Source of the DNA: Eledone cirrhosa
Taxonomy: Eukaryota
DNA length: 64,000 nt
Direction: 5' to 3'
NCBI GenBank assembly: GCA_964016885.1
Contig: OZ024743.1
Location: forward strand, 301,010,001 to 301,074,000
Shown: positions 26,847 through 39,631 of the stretch, one piece after another
Numbering within the stretch: position 1 is the first letter of the stretch
How the letters are laid out: each line of letters opens with the position of its first letter
The notes under the pieces: model-generated
What the model was told of the DNA's origin: nothing
Databases searched by the model: none
What the model saw: the letters and a program-made list of their open reading frames with translations, nothing else
Program-made: the position numbers and the translations under genes

Positions 26847-27342
26847 GGAACGAGTAGGACCCCCGACGGCTGAGCTCAAGCCGTTTCGACGGCTAATTCT
26901 GGACTAAATGAAAATGTTTATCCTCTTATATGAATAGCCGAGCTTCTCAATGGGTAATTCCATATATGGTAAAAGTGATTGTCACAAGGATTGGTCAAAA
27001 GTATGTACTTGAGACACATAATTCTATAATGGCAATTTGTGGATGGAAGGGGTAGCTAAACCTGCCAGTAGAAGAAAGAGGGAGAGGGGGTTTCCTCCAC
27101 CCCCTTTCCCTCTTTCTTCTACTGGCATGTCCAGCTACCCCTTCCTTCCACAAATTGCCATGATAGAATTATGTGTCTTAACAACAAACTTTTGACCAAT
27201 CCTTGTGACAATCACTTTTACCATATATGGAATTACCCCCTGAGAAGCTCGGCTATTCATATACCAGGATAAAAATATTCATTTAGTCCAGAATTAGCCG
27301 TCGAATCGGCTTGAGCTCAGCCGTCGGGGTCCTACTCGTTCC
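26847..27342. repeat. ~500-bp imperfect palindrome with a degenerate HHR in each arm (27235-27330 +, 26859-26955 -)
   Basis: Arms reverse-complementary around ~27094; acccc CUGAGAAG...cggctattc/gaattagccg...GAA(A/U)C ggc..gcc GUC ggggt. Confidence 0.85.
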
Positions 27343-27371
27343 TATATATATATATATATATATATTGATTG

Positions 27372-27406
<35 letters not shown>

Positions 27407-27607
27407 TTAGTTATACTATTTATGGTTATGTAAACACAAAACCTTAAGCAGTTGTAAGTATTTTACACACACCCTAAATAGTGGTAGGCAGTAATGTATT
27501 ACTACCTTATTACCAGTAAGTTAAGTAGCTCAATGTAAAAACATCAGATGATTTACAGAGCAGTTATATGACATATAAGAATCAAAGAACTGTTCAAAAC
27601 ATTATTG

Positions 27608-27654
27608 TGCTTACAGCTGTTTCCTCCAAACCGAGGTTTGGATTCTTCGGAGCC
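27608..27654 (-). ncRNA. Hammerhead ribozyme, inverted pLTR copy
   Basis: Reverse complement of 31078-31124 with one P1 change. Confidence 0.7.
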
Positions 27655-28230
27655 ATTTATTAATGCATGGACAGTTATATGACCTCCTTTTCAGCCGAGA
27701 GACATACCAACACATATTCAAACATTGATACATATTCAAACATTGTGGGTCAACATTCATTACAGAATTTAGAGTGGCAGTACACACTTCGAGATTACAT
27801 TTATATTAATAGGTACAATTAAAAATCAAAGATATAGGTTAAAGTACAACATGAAGATAAGTGGTTATATAGTGCAAATGTTATATGTGTGGCACGCATG
27901 TGCGTCTTGTTTATATAGTGTGGCAGAGAGATATGTGTGGTAGAGGCACTTAGGTAGGTAAATAAGAGTGTTAGGTTGGTAGATCTGGTGGCAAAGTCTT
28001 TATATGATTGATATAGTCTGTGTGTGGAGAAATATTATAAGCATTAAAGATAGTGCAAGCATTAAAAGTGTTATAAGTATTGGAGATGCACAGCGCAGGG
28101 ATGTCAAGTAATTCATGTAATTCGGCATTTTCATGGTCAAGGGAGTGTATACCTCCTCAATGAAATCCATAAAGGGAGTGTATACCTCCTCAATGAAATC
28201 CATAAAGACCTCCCTTACCTCAACGGTGGT

Positions 28231-29634
28231 TTGTACCGCGATGATGCACTTCTACTCATAGAATATAAAAAATTTAATATAGAAAGAACTAGAAAACAAC
28301 TGCATAAGACATTCAAAAACTTTAACCTTAGTATCACCATGGACAAAAACACTAAAAATGTTAACTTCCTAGACGCCACACTATACCTAGACTCAAAAAT
28401 ATATACACCTTTCCATAAGCCTAATGAGAAACTTATTTACGTAGATACCAAGTCTAATCACCCTAGATCAATATTAAACTCTATCTCTAAGGGGGTGTCC
28501 AATAGAATCTCTAGTCTGTCCTATGACGCAAACATATTTAGCAAAAACTCACAATATTACAATCAAGCATTAGCTAGCTCCTGCCATAATATAGAAATTG
28601 AGTTCCTACCTAAGAAAACATATAGCTACAACATCATCTCGCACAACATGTCCATGAGGAAATCTAATAATAGGAATAGCAACCACAAGTACACCAAAGT
28701 GGAGGGTGCCACCGGAAGTAACCATTACCATGGAAACTACTGTGAGGCCTTAGGAGGAAGCAACACACCAAACACTAAAAGCAAAAATAGAAGAAGAAAT
28801 AATACATTTTCCAACCCTCCTTTCAACCTAAATGTCTCCACCAACATACCTAGGGCTTTCTTCTCACTACTAGATAAAAACTTCCCTCTAGGACACAAGT
28901 ACCACAACCTCTTAAACAAAAACACCATTAAAATCTCATACTCTACGACGCCTAACTTAGCATACCACATAGCTAGCAAGAATAATAGTAAAATTAGTTC
29001 TTACTTCCAACAAACAAAATCACAACGGGATGCAAACCCTCTAAATACCACTGTAGCAAGCAACAATAGCAACGGCAGTAACAATAGAAATAACACTAGT
29101 ATAAGTAATAACACCAGGGTTGTCAACCCGAACACCCAAAATCCTATATCCACCACACAGACTTCAGCATTGCATTATAACCAGCGGACTAACGCACAGA
29201 ATAATTGTAACTGTAGAGCTAATAGAACCTGCCCTTTAGATAAAAAATGCCTAACCAAGGATGTCATATACTCATGCACAGTCACGAATAATAACTCTTC
29301 AGAAACCTATGTAGGCTCCACTTCTAACTGCTTCAAAATCAGATATAACTCGCACATCCACTCGTTCAAAAAGCACAGCCTAGCCAACTCCACCTCACTT
29401 TCTAGCTACATACACTATCTAAAGTCTAAAAATAAACCATACACACTCAAATGGGAAGTGATAGGCAGCGCGACCTCGTACAAACCACCTAATAAATTCT
29501 GTAACCTCTGTATACTAGAGACACACAATATTATCTTCTCCAACCGTAACCTACTTAACAAAAAATCTGAGGTGTTTGCAACTTGCCAGCACCGCCTCAG
29601 ACATTCCTTCCAAAACTTTAAGCCCTATATATAG
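28231..29634 (+). pseudogene. 5'-truncated copy of the PLE ORF (from YRDD to GIY-YIG)
   Basis: Near-identical to the C-terminal 467 aa of 31374-33833. Confidence 0.92.
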
Positions 29635-31077
29635 CAATGCCGGACTGGAACCTAACACCACATCTAGCATCAAACACCAGAGACACACCCTATACTACAT
29701 ACCCAACACTAGCTGATCCATTATAACACAAACAACGACATCCCTCTGGAACCCTTCGCTGGGAAAATACCCATTTATACCTCTACGGCAGGTGTGACAA
29801 CATCCACCCACTTGGACGGCACTACACCGCTCTAAGGGTAATTTGAGCATGAATTGATCGGTTGGATGGTGTTGGGCAGAGGAAACACCTTCCTTAGACA
29901 GATGTAAAATGATTTAATCGAGTAGCGCTGTTGACCAGTAGGACCGGGCTGCTGAGCGCAGTGAGTGAATGCAATGCAACTGCCGTGCGGGTTGTACGTA
30001 TATGGATGATCTGACGGTCAGAGAGGGGTCGCGAGGACTGCGGATTGACCTTTGGCCTGCCTGGGGACGATTATTTTTCGACATCCAATGTAGCAAGCGA
30101 TGACCCAGATCTTACCAGAGATCATTGGGTCCTGAAGCAATCCTGCAGTCACCGCGCCTGGTCATATGAGCAGACTACAACCACAGAGATCATTAATTTA
30201 GAATCCTCGCTCATCATCTATAATTTCCATTTGTAGCACCTTAAGATGGGTTAATCCACCTTAATAATAATATGATCACCTTCAGCATAATTTAGTTAAA
30301 CTACTCTATAGTTAGTACACTTTATGCTTTAAAAGTCTCTCTTGGAAGGTGCACCTCACCATAGAATTTAGGGTCTATATTGGGACACATTTTAATGGCT
30401 AGATATAGAAACCCCAGAGTTACCTCCCCGCATGCATTAACTCCCCTTAGCCACACACACACTTCCGGTATTCAATGGCGTTTCTCGAAACGTAACAACC
30501 TCCTGTATCGAACTAAAGAACACCAGACTACGATCTCTAACTGGATTGTCGTGGATTATGTGAAAGGCATATAATCGAAATATACACTCCCTTGACCATG
30601 AAAATGCCGAAGTACATGAATTACTTGACATCCCTGCGCTGTGCATCTCCAATACTTATAACACTTTTAATGCTTGCACTATCTTTAATGCTTATAATAT
30701 TTCTCCACACACAGACTATATCAATCATATAAAGACTTTGCCACCAGATCTACCAACCTAACACTCTTATTTACCTACCTAAGTGCCTCTACCACACATA
30801 TCTCTCTGCCACACTATATAAACAAGACGCACATGCGTGCCACACATATAACATTTGCACTATATAACCACTTATCTTCATGTTGTACTTTAACCTATAT
30901 CTTTGATTTTTGATTGTACCTATTAATATAAATGTAATCTCGAAGTGTGTACTGCCACTCTAAATTCTGTAATGAATGTTGACCCACAATGTTTGAATAT
31001 GTATCAATGTTTGAATATGTGTTGGTATGTCTCTCGGCTGAAAAGGAGGTCATATAACTGTCCATGCATTAATAAAT

Positions 31078-31124
31078 TGCTCCGAAGAATCCAAACCTCG
31101 GTTTGGAGGAAACAGCTGTAAGCA
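31078..31124 (+). ncRNA. Minimal type I hammerhead ribozyme with CCGAAGA core
   Basis: tgct CCGAAGA atccaaac ctcg gtttggag GAAAC agct GUA agca: P1 UGCU/AGCA, 7-bp P2, palindromic P3 ACAGCUGU. Confidence 0.8.
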
Positions 31125-31373
31125 CAATAATGTTTTGAACAGTTCTTTGATTCTTATATTTCATATAACTGCTCTGTAAATCATCTGATGTTTTTACATT
31201 GAGCTACTTAACTTACTGGTAATAAGGTAGTAATACATTACTGCCTACCACTATTTAGGGTGTGTGTAAAATACTTACAACTGCTTAAGGTTTTGTGTTT
31301 ACATAACCATAAATAGTATAACTAATACTATTAACTGCTCCATATCGTTGAGCTGACATATAATATTGCCAAT

Positions 31374-33833
31374 ATGCTAATCAAAGACCAACTCCCCATG
31401 TCAACCAAGAACATACCAATACCATCCAGGAATACGTATGAGAAATTGCTGATCAACAGTGTAAATTCATTTATCAATAGAGTGAGATGGAGGACATTCC
31501 ATTATGATAGAAACAAATCTAACAACTTGAATAATACTAACAATTTTGACTCCTTCGGCTTTAAAACCTTTAAAAGCCCCCCTCATAACACTCTACTTAA
31601 CTCCTTTGAAAATGACCTAGTTAAACTAGTTAAGAACATTAAATACAATAAGCACCATATTAGAAGCAACACCTTCTTAAACAAACTTAACACTTCTATT
31701 AGTGGATTCAAAACTAGTAATAAAATTATTGTACACGCAGATAAAACTAATAACATATACAGCCTAGATTATATTACTTATAGAAAGTTTATATATAATG
31801 AACTACATAAAAGCTACAAAAAAACCACCTTGAAAAACTTAGAAGATATTAATGTAGAGGGTTATAATATAGTGTCTAAACTAGGACTACAGAGGCATAC
31901 ACAACCTTTCACTCCGAACCCCCCTAGATTCTCTCTGAAGGACCATAAGGAGAACTTCATCAGCAACCCCACGATAAGACTTATCTGCCCTTCCAAGTCC
32001 GACATTGGTATTATCAGCAAGAAGATTTTGGATACAATCATCCCACAAATTAAACACAAGATACACCTTAAACAATGGGGAAATACGGGTGAAGTAATTG
32101 AATGGTTTAAGGATATCAAGAATAATAAGAACAAAAAATTTATTCAATTTGATATCAATTCATACTACACCTCTATTTCCCCTATCCTATTAAATAAGGC
32201 ACTTATCATGGCCATGACCAATAGCGACCTGACTAGAGCCCAGGTTGATGTCATCCTTGCGGCCCGTAAAACCATAATCACCTTCGAGGACCAACTATGG
32301 ACACGCAAGGATACGCACAACAACTTCGACATAACCATGGGATCTAGTGACTCGGCGCAGGTCACTGATTTGGTCGGCCTATACCTCCTCAATGAAATCC
32401 ATAAAGACCTCCCTTACCTCAACGGTGGTTTGTACCGCGATGATGCACTTCTACTCATAGAATATAAAAAATTTAATATAGAAAGAACTAGAAAACAACT
32501 GCATAAGACATTCAAAAACTTTAACCTTAGTATCACCATGGACAAAAACACTAAAAATGTTAACTTCCTAGACGCCACACTATACCTAGACTCAAAAATA
32601 TATACACCTTTCCATAAGCCTAATGAGAAACTTATTTACGTAGATACCAAGTCTAATCACCCTAGATCAATATTAAACTCTATCTCTAAGGGAGTGTCCA
32701 ATAGAATCTCTAGTCTGTCCTATGACGCAAACATATTTAGCAAAAACTCACAATATTACAATCAAGCATTAGCTAGCTCCGGCCATAATATAGAAATTGA
32801 GTTCCTACCTAAGAAAACACATAGCTACAACATCATCTCGCACAACATGTCCATGAGGAAATCTAATAATAGGAATAGCAACCACAAGTACACCAAAGCG
32901 GAGGGTGCCACCGGAAGTAACCATTACCATGGAAACTACTGTGAGGCCTTAGGAGGAAGCAACACACCAAACACTAAAAGCAAAAATAGAAGAAGAAATA
33001 ATACATTTTTCAACCCTCCTTTCAACCTAAATGTCTCCACCAACATACCTAGGGCTTTCTTCTCACTACTAGATAAAAACTTCCCTCTAGGACACAAGTA
33101 CCATAACCTCTTAAACAAAAACACCATTAAAATCTCATACTCTACGACGCCTAACTTAGCATACCACATAGCTAGCAGCAATAATAGTAAAATTAGTTCT
33201 TACTTCCAACAAACAAAATCACAACGGGATGCAAACCCTCTAAATACCACTGTAGCAAGCAACAATAGCAACGGCAGTAACAATAGAAATAACACTAGTA
33301 TAAGTAATAACACCAGGGTTGTCAACCCGAACACCCAAAATCCTATATCCACCACACAGACTTCCGCATTGCATTATAACCAGCGGACTAACGCACAGAA
33401 TAATTGTAACTGTAGAGCTAATAGAACCTGCCCTTTAGATAAAAAATGCCTAACCAAGGATGTCATATACTCATGCACAGTCACGAATAATAACTCTTCA
33501 GAAACCTATGTAGGCTCCACTTCTAACTGCTTCAAAATCAGATATAACTCGCACATCCACTCGTTCAAAAAGCACAGCCTAGCCAACTCCACCTCACTTT
33601 CTAGCTACATACACTATCTAAAATCTAAAAATAAACCATACACACTCAAATGGGAAGTGATAGGCAGCGGGACCTCGTACAAACCACCTAATAAATTCTG
33701 TAACCTCTGTATACTAGAGACACACAATATTATCTTCTCCAACCGTAACCTACTTAACAAAAAATCTGAGGTGTTTGCAACTTGCCAGCACCGCCTCAGA
33801 CATTCCTTCCAAAACTTTAAGCCCTATATATAG
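31374..33833 (+). CDS. Intact Penelope-like (Naiad-type) RT + GIY-YIG endonuclease, 819 aa
   Basis: STKNIPIPS N-terminus, ADKTNN, LKDHK..F, QFDINSYY, MGSSDSAQ, GLYRDD, FLD; CNCR..CPL...CL, VIY...YVG, CNLC, LLNK...CQH. Confidence 0.95.
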   Translation: MLIKDQLPMSTKNIPIPSRNTYEKLLINSVNSFINRVRWRTFHYDRNKSNNLNNTNNFDSFGFKTFKSPPHNTLLNSFENDLVKLVKNIKYNKHHIRSNTFLNKLNTSISGFKTSNKIIVHADKTNNIYSLDYITYRKFIYNELHKSYKKTTLKNLEDINVEGYNIVSKLGLQRHTQPFTPNPPRFSLKDHKENFISNPTIRLICPSKSDIGIISKKILDTIIPQIKHKIHLKQWGNTGEVIEWFKDIKNNKNKKFIQFDINSYYTSISPILLNKALIMAMTNSDLTRAQVDVILAARKTIITFEDQLWTRKDTHNNFDITMGSSDSAQVTDLVGLYLLNEIHKDLPYLNGGLYRDDALLLIEYKKFNIERTRKQLHKTFKNFNLSITMDKNTKNVNFLDATLYLDSKIYTPFHKPNEKLIYVDTKSNHPRSILNSISKGVSNRISSLSYDANIFSKNSQYYNQALASSGHNIEIEFLPKKTHSYNIISHNMSMRKSNNRNSNHKYTKAEGATGSNHYHGNYCEALGGSNTPNTKSKNRRRNNTFFNPPFNLNVSTNIPRAFFSLLDKNFPLGHKYHNLLNKNTIKISYSTTPNLAYHIASSNNSKISSYFQQTKSQRDANPLNTTVASNNSNGSNNRNNTSISNNTRVVNPNTQNPISTTQTSALHYNQRTNAQNNCNCRANRTCPLDKKCLTKDVIYSCTVTNNNSSETYVGSTSNCFKIRYNSHIHSFKKHSLANSTSLSSYIHYLKSKNKPYTLKWEVIGSGTSYKPPNKFCNLCILETHNIIFSNRNLLNKKSEVFATCQHRLRHSFQNFKPYI

Positions 33834-35276
33834 CAATGTCGGACTGGAACCTAACACCACATCTAGCATCAAACACCAGAGACACACCCTATACTACATA
33901 CCCAACACTAGCTGATCCATTATAACACAAACAACGACATCCCTCTGGAACCCTTCGCAGGGAAAATACCCATTTATACCTCTACGGCAGGTGTGACAAC
34001 ATCCACCCACTTGGACGGCACTACACCGCTCTAAGGGTAATTTGAGCATGAATTGATCGGTTGGATGGTGTTGGGCAGAGGAAACACCTTCCTTAGACAG
34101 ATGTAAAATGATTTAATCGAGTAGCGCTGTTGACCAGTAGGACCGGGCTGCTGAGCGCAGTGAGTGAATGCAATGCAACTGCCGTGCGGGTTGTACGTAT
34201 ATGGATGATCTGACGGTCAGAGAGGGGTCGCGAGGACTGCGGATTGACCTTTGGCCTGCCTGGGGACGATTATCTTTCGACATCCAATGTAGCAAGCGAT
34301 GACCCAGATCTTACCAGAGATCATTGGGTCCTGAAGCAATCCTGCAGTCACCGCGCCTGGTCATATGAGCAGACTACAACCACAGAGATCATTAATTTAG
34401 AATCCTCGCTCATCATCTATAATTTCCATTTGTAGCACCTTAAGATGGGTTAATCCACCTTAATAATAATATGATCACCTTCAGCATAATTTAGTTAAAC
34501 TACTCTATAGTTAGTACACTTTATGCTTTAAAAGTCTCTCTTGGAAGGTGCACCTCACCATAGAATTTAGGGTCTATATTGGGACACATTTTAATGGCTA
34601 GATATAGAAACCCCAGAGTTACCTCCCCGCATGCATTAACTCCCCTTAGCCACACACACACTTCCGGTATTCAATGGCGTTTCTCGAAACGTAACAACCT
34701 CCTGTATCGAACTAAAGAACACCAGACTACGATCTCTAACTGGATTGTCGTGGATTATGTGAAAGGCATATAATCGAAATATACACTCCCTTGACCATGA
34801 AAATGCCGAAGTACATGAATTACTTGACATCCCTGCGCTGTGCATCTCCAATACTTATAACACTTTTAATGCTTGCACTATCTTTAATGCTTATAATATT
34901 TCTCCACACACAGACTATATCAATCATATAAAGACTTTGCCACCAGATCTACCAACCTAACACTCTTATTTACCTACCTAAGTGCCTCTACCACACATAT
35001 CTCTCTGCCACACTATATAAACAAGACGCACATGCGTGCCACACATATAACATTTGCACTATATAACCACTTATCTTCATGTTGTACTTTAACCTATATC
35101 TTTGATTTTTGATTGTACCTATTAATATAAATGTAATCTCGAAGTGTGTACTGCCACTCTAAATTCTGTAATGAATGTTGACCCACAATGTTTGAATATG
35201 TATCAATGTTTGAATATGTGTTGGTATGTCTCTCGGCTGAAAAGGAGGTCATATAACTGTCCATGCATTAATAAAT

Positions 35277-35323
35277 TGCTCCGAAGAATCCAAACCTCGG
35301 TTTGGAGGAAACAGCTGTAAGCA
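35277..35323 (+). ncRNA. Hammerhead ribozyme, 3' pLTR copy (CCGAAGA core)
   Basis: Identical to 31078-31124. Confidence 0.8.
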
Positions 35324-35394
35324 CAATAATGTTTTGAACAGTTCTTTGATTCTTATATTTCATATATTTCATATATATATATATATATTGATTG

Positions 35395-35474
<80 letters not shown>

Positions 35475-35629
35475 TATATATATACACACATATATATATA
35501 CACATATATATATATACATATATATGTGTGTATTTGTATGCATCACAAGAAAAAGCGAATCAGTGTTGCGACGAATGGAATTTATAGGACATATTACAAT
35601 CCTTTCTCTAGCGACTAGCTCGAGGCACG

Positions 35630-35950
35630 ATCGACGTTTAGCAGTTCTCTTCTCACTTACAACTGCGGCCAACTTAAGTTCTTTTATCTAGTGATCTTTG
35701 ATTTCTTACCTACAGTTGCTCGCACATTGCTCGGTTTGTGTTTTTTTTTTCGCTGTTTTGTTATTGTTTCTCTTTTCTTCGCCTTTGCTTTCCTTCCCTC
35801 CTTCTTTCGTTTTCCTAATAACTTATCCAGTTATTGACGCCCTGGCGTGAATCGGTATCTTTAAAGCGTAGAAATATCCTAGACCCTCAGTAAACAACTG
35901 ATGAGAACCCCTTGCTTTCTTTGTATTCCCACTGCATCTTAAGTTACCTT
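35630..35950. repeat. Unclassified interspersed repeat, homologous to 44328-44705
   Basis: Shared gcagttctcttctcactta...gttgctcgcacattgc...ttaaagcgtagaaatatcctagac...aactgatgag. Confidence 0.8.
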
Positions 35951-35969
35951 AAATAGCAGACATTTCTAT

Positions 35970-36038
<69 letters not shown>

Positions 36039-36367
36039 GTATATATATATATATATACAGATATCTTTGTCATATATTGTGGCTGTTTACTGCAGTTTTT
36101 AATATATATCTTAATAAACTAAGACCCGAAACGGTGATTACATTTAGATTAGTATGTCCGCTTTCTAATGATTATAAGAGCGAATGGCTATATAAACCCC
36201 TCAATTGTATGTGTCCTTGAGGGTTTCAGATGCTGCACACATTTTGTTGAGGAACCAACCACGTCCCAAAATAGAATAAACTCTTTGTCATATTCAGGAT
36301 ATTCGCTTATTTACATATATCTATACACCTATTAATGCAGTCCTTGTCTCCCACACTGTACATATAC

Positions 36368-36398
<31 letters not shown>

Positions 36399-36695
36399 AT
36401 GTGTGTGTGTATGCATGTATGCATTATATATATATATATGAGCAAACATTTGCCTAAATTGCTAATATGGTTCATAGTAACATTTCGGCCAATGTATTTT
36501 TTAACACCCCACTCCTCACTGATTAAACTCGATGTCACGTGATTGATTCTTTTGAATTTGCCTCTGACCGGGAATGAAGTAAAATTTGCAGTGTCTTGAA
36601 ATTTAGTCCGCGCTTGCTTTTTTTTCCATTCACTGAATTATTTTTGTTTGAGCTCCCTGTGTCCGCCTATCGCCAGTGATCTTAGCCGTGAATTG

Positions 36696-36771
36696 ACTCC
36701 CTGATGAAGAAAGGAATCTCTATAGTTTTGAACACGTGTATATCCCCTTTTAGAAACTAATTAGTTGGAGT
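36696..36771 (+). ncRNA. Type I hammerhead ribozyme with canonical core
   Basis: actcc CUGAUGA agaaagg...cctttta GAAAC taatta GUU ggagt; palindromic P3. Confidence 0.78.
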
Positions 36772-36823
36772 GAAACTTAAGTAAGTAAGTTAATTATTAT
36801 AATTTTCTTATTTTACGCCTTTC

Positions 36824-36856
<33 letters not shown>

Positions 36857-37250
36857 ATGAATGGTGTATATATTGTCTTTTTAATACGTGTACGTTTAGG
36901 TGCAATTAAGATGACAAATTGACTTGTGACATTTTCTATTAAAATATCTTTTCGATTAAATTATGAAGTGAAATACTATCTATGAGAAAACAATTCCGAT
37001 CGCATGCTCCATATATTTTTTGGTTTTGTTTTCTTAGCCAAATGATTGAATGTTACCTGTATAGCGTATAATACAGGATACATTTTCTATTATATTTAAG
37101 AGAAAAAATAATTACCATTTCATGTCAAATTTTCTTTGTGGATTTCTTTAGATTAAATCCTCCAGTGTTATAGAGAAAAGGAAATGTGTTCGTACAGGAA
37201 TGTTGACATTAAATAGAACAATATATCCATATATCCATGTGTGTGTGTGC

Positions 37251-37302
<52 letters not shown>

Positions 37303-37309
37303 GTGTGTA

Positions 37310-37387
<78 letters not shown>

Positions 37388-38274
37388 CGCGCGAGTGTGT
37401 GGGGTGGGGTTCGCCTCCGTATATGTGCATTTATATGCATAGTTGTGGGCGTGTGCATATGTAAGATTAATGCGATTACAGATCTGAAAAATAGAAGCTA
37501 TGTATATGAAGGTGAGTTACGCAGAAATAAATTATTTACTGTCACCTGAAATCCTTTTGAGGATATGTTGTCACTTTAAAGTCAAAAACGCCGATAATTG
37601 TGTCAGATATCTCCGTGGAAAACGGGGAAGTTTTTCTTTACGTCACAGACTATCCCTACTTTATATAAATAGTCGTGCACAGATAATGCATTTCTACCTG
37701 TGTATTAAAGGGTGGATCTCACTTCTTATAGATATTTACCTACATGTTCATACCACTGTATATTCCTTTAGGATATGTCTCTAGGCGTGTGACTTCTACA
37801 TATATGCTTGGGTGTATGTTGATGGGTACACCAATCCACATGTATCTGTGTGTATCCATTAGCATGCCGATGTGTGTGTGTGTTTGTGCATCTGTGCTTA
37901 TGAACAGGTATATAAGTGAGTATGTGTGTATACATAGGTACAGGCATGTATAAAGGTGTGTATACAGAGGTACGTATATACGCGTGCGTGTATAAGTGAA
38001 TCTATGTATATTTGTATATGCTTGTGTGTGTGTGTGTATGTGTATATGAGTGTGTGTGCGCGCGTGTGTGTGTATGTGTGTGTGTGTGTTAGACCATATA
38101 ACCAGTGCAGCAACAACTTAATTTATTTATTCATCTTATTATTTATACATTTCTTTTCACGACATATCCTATACATTCTTGTGCCCACTAACATTTATCT
38201 ATCTATCTATATGGATGTCTCTCTGTCGCTATCACTTTCTCTCTCTCACTCTCTATCTCTCTTTTTTTCTCTCT

Positions 38275-38364
<90 letters not shown>

Positions 38365-38369
<5 letters not shown>

Positions 38370-39281
38370 TGTTGAAGATTGCTTGAAACATTGTGGAATA
38401 ATAAAACTGGTCGTTTTGGAAGCCTCAACTATGCAGATGGGTAAATCTCAGGGTAACAGAATCAGGTGCTAATGGGAGAGATGTAAGAGGAAATGTAGAA
38501 TGAGACGTTTAGGGTGTAGTGGAACGTAGGAAAGAGTGTAAACATATTTGTTTCTACTTTTGGCACGAGGCCAGCGATTACACAGTACATTACTGGTACT
38601 TTATTTTATCGACCACGTAAGGATGAAAGGTAAAGTTAACATCGGCGGGATTTGAACTCAGATTGTAAAGCGACGTAACTATGCTGGAAAGCATGTCTGA
38701 CCCTCTACCAGTATTGCTAATTCACCGCACTTGAGTGTAAACATAATAACACGTGATAGAGTTACCTTGAAAGTGATTCAATTGTCCCTACATTTCGGAT
38801 TTCGCATCCATCAACGTGGGGTTTTCCGAGGGGGAAGCTTTTAGTCGGAGAGGATAAACACGTGGCCTATGTTGTCTGCCGTGTGTGTACTACTTAACTA
38901 TTGTGTAGGGCGCGCGTGCGCTGGAAATAGCTGCGGTCAGACAAAGGTTAAGGCAGTTCATCTGTATTAGAGTAGTGGGAGAGGATGTGTCAGTGCGTAC
39001 GAATCTTCGCTGTCAATTTCATATATTCAGCCTTTGATACTGGCAGGTGTGGTGTTGTATTGGTAGTCTGCCTGATTGTCGTTTGTTGGTCGGTTGATGG
39101 TGGACACGCTATACACAAAATAACAATCCTTCGATTGCTACTGTGTGTGTTGTTGTTGTTGTTTCGTTTGTTTACGCCAGCCATCTCGTCTCACTTCTCT
39201 CCGATCGGCTATTTATTTGTGGTCCAATGCGTTGGATCGAAAGTCCTTCCTTGATTCTTAAAGCACTGTGACAACACTCTC
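38365..39281 (-). mobile_element. Unclassified element in (TA)n with 10-bp inverted termini, related to 47764-48310
   Basis: gagagtgttg...caacactctc termini; the left end matches the reverse complement of 48280-48312. Confidence 0.5.
38547..38732 (-). mobile_element. tRNA-derived SINE, full length
   Basis: TSD gagtgtaaacata at 38534-38546 and 38733-38745; B-box-like motif. Confidence 0.85.
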
Positions 39282-39588
39282 TTATATATATATATATATA
39301 TTGTAATAGATGTTCGGTGAATCCTTACGTACATATATATATGTGTGCATGTATGCATATATATACATACTACTGTACGTCTGTATACATTATATGTATG
39401 TACGTATACATACTTATATTTAAGTAACAGCCGTACTAAGAGTGGGAAATGAAATTTCGATTCATTTTTTTCCGTTTATCGTTTTCGGTGCACCCGGCTG
39501 ATTAACCCACTAAATATGCAAATTTGGCTATTAGCCGTTAATATGCATAAGGTAAGTATATATGTTCAACAATCTGGCAGGAAGGTAT

Positions 39589-39631
39589 ACGTTGCTGACG
39601 ATAGCTAATAACCTTGAAACTAGTACAGCGT
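39589..39631 (+). ncRNA. Minimal hammerhead (P2 mismatch)
   Basis: acgttg CUGACGA tagc taataa cctt GAAAC ta GUA cagcgt. Confidence 0.75.

Larger units (their letters stand above)
27404..35365 (+). mobile_element. Penelope-like element (Naiad-type): inverted pLTR (27404-28150) + 5'-truncated copy + full copy, 4199-bp tandem period
   Basis: 27404-28150 is the reverse complement of ~30581-31330; 28180-31166 is nearly identical to 32379-35365; (TA)n on both sides. Confidence 0.95.

Noticed and set aside
26847-27342. Interpreting the palindromes as classical MITEs
   Set aside because: Asymmetric tails in relatives, embedded hammerheads and variable fold-back points fit PLE-type inversion better; not fully excluded.
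30098-30140. SECIS-like ATGA...TGA hairpin in the Naiad 3'UTR
   Set aside because: Wrong spacing, no apical AA, and the ORF has no in-frame UGA.
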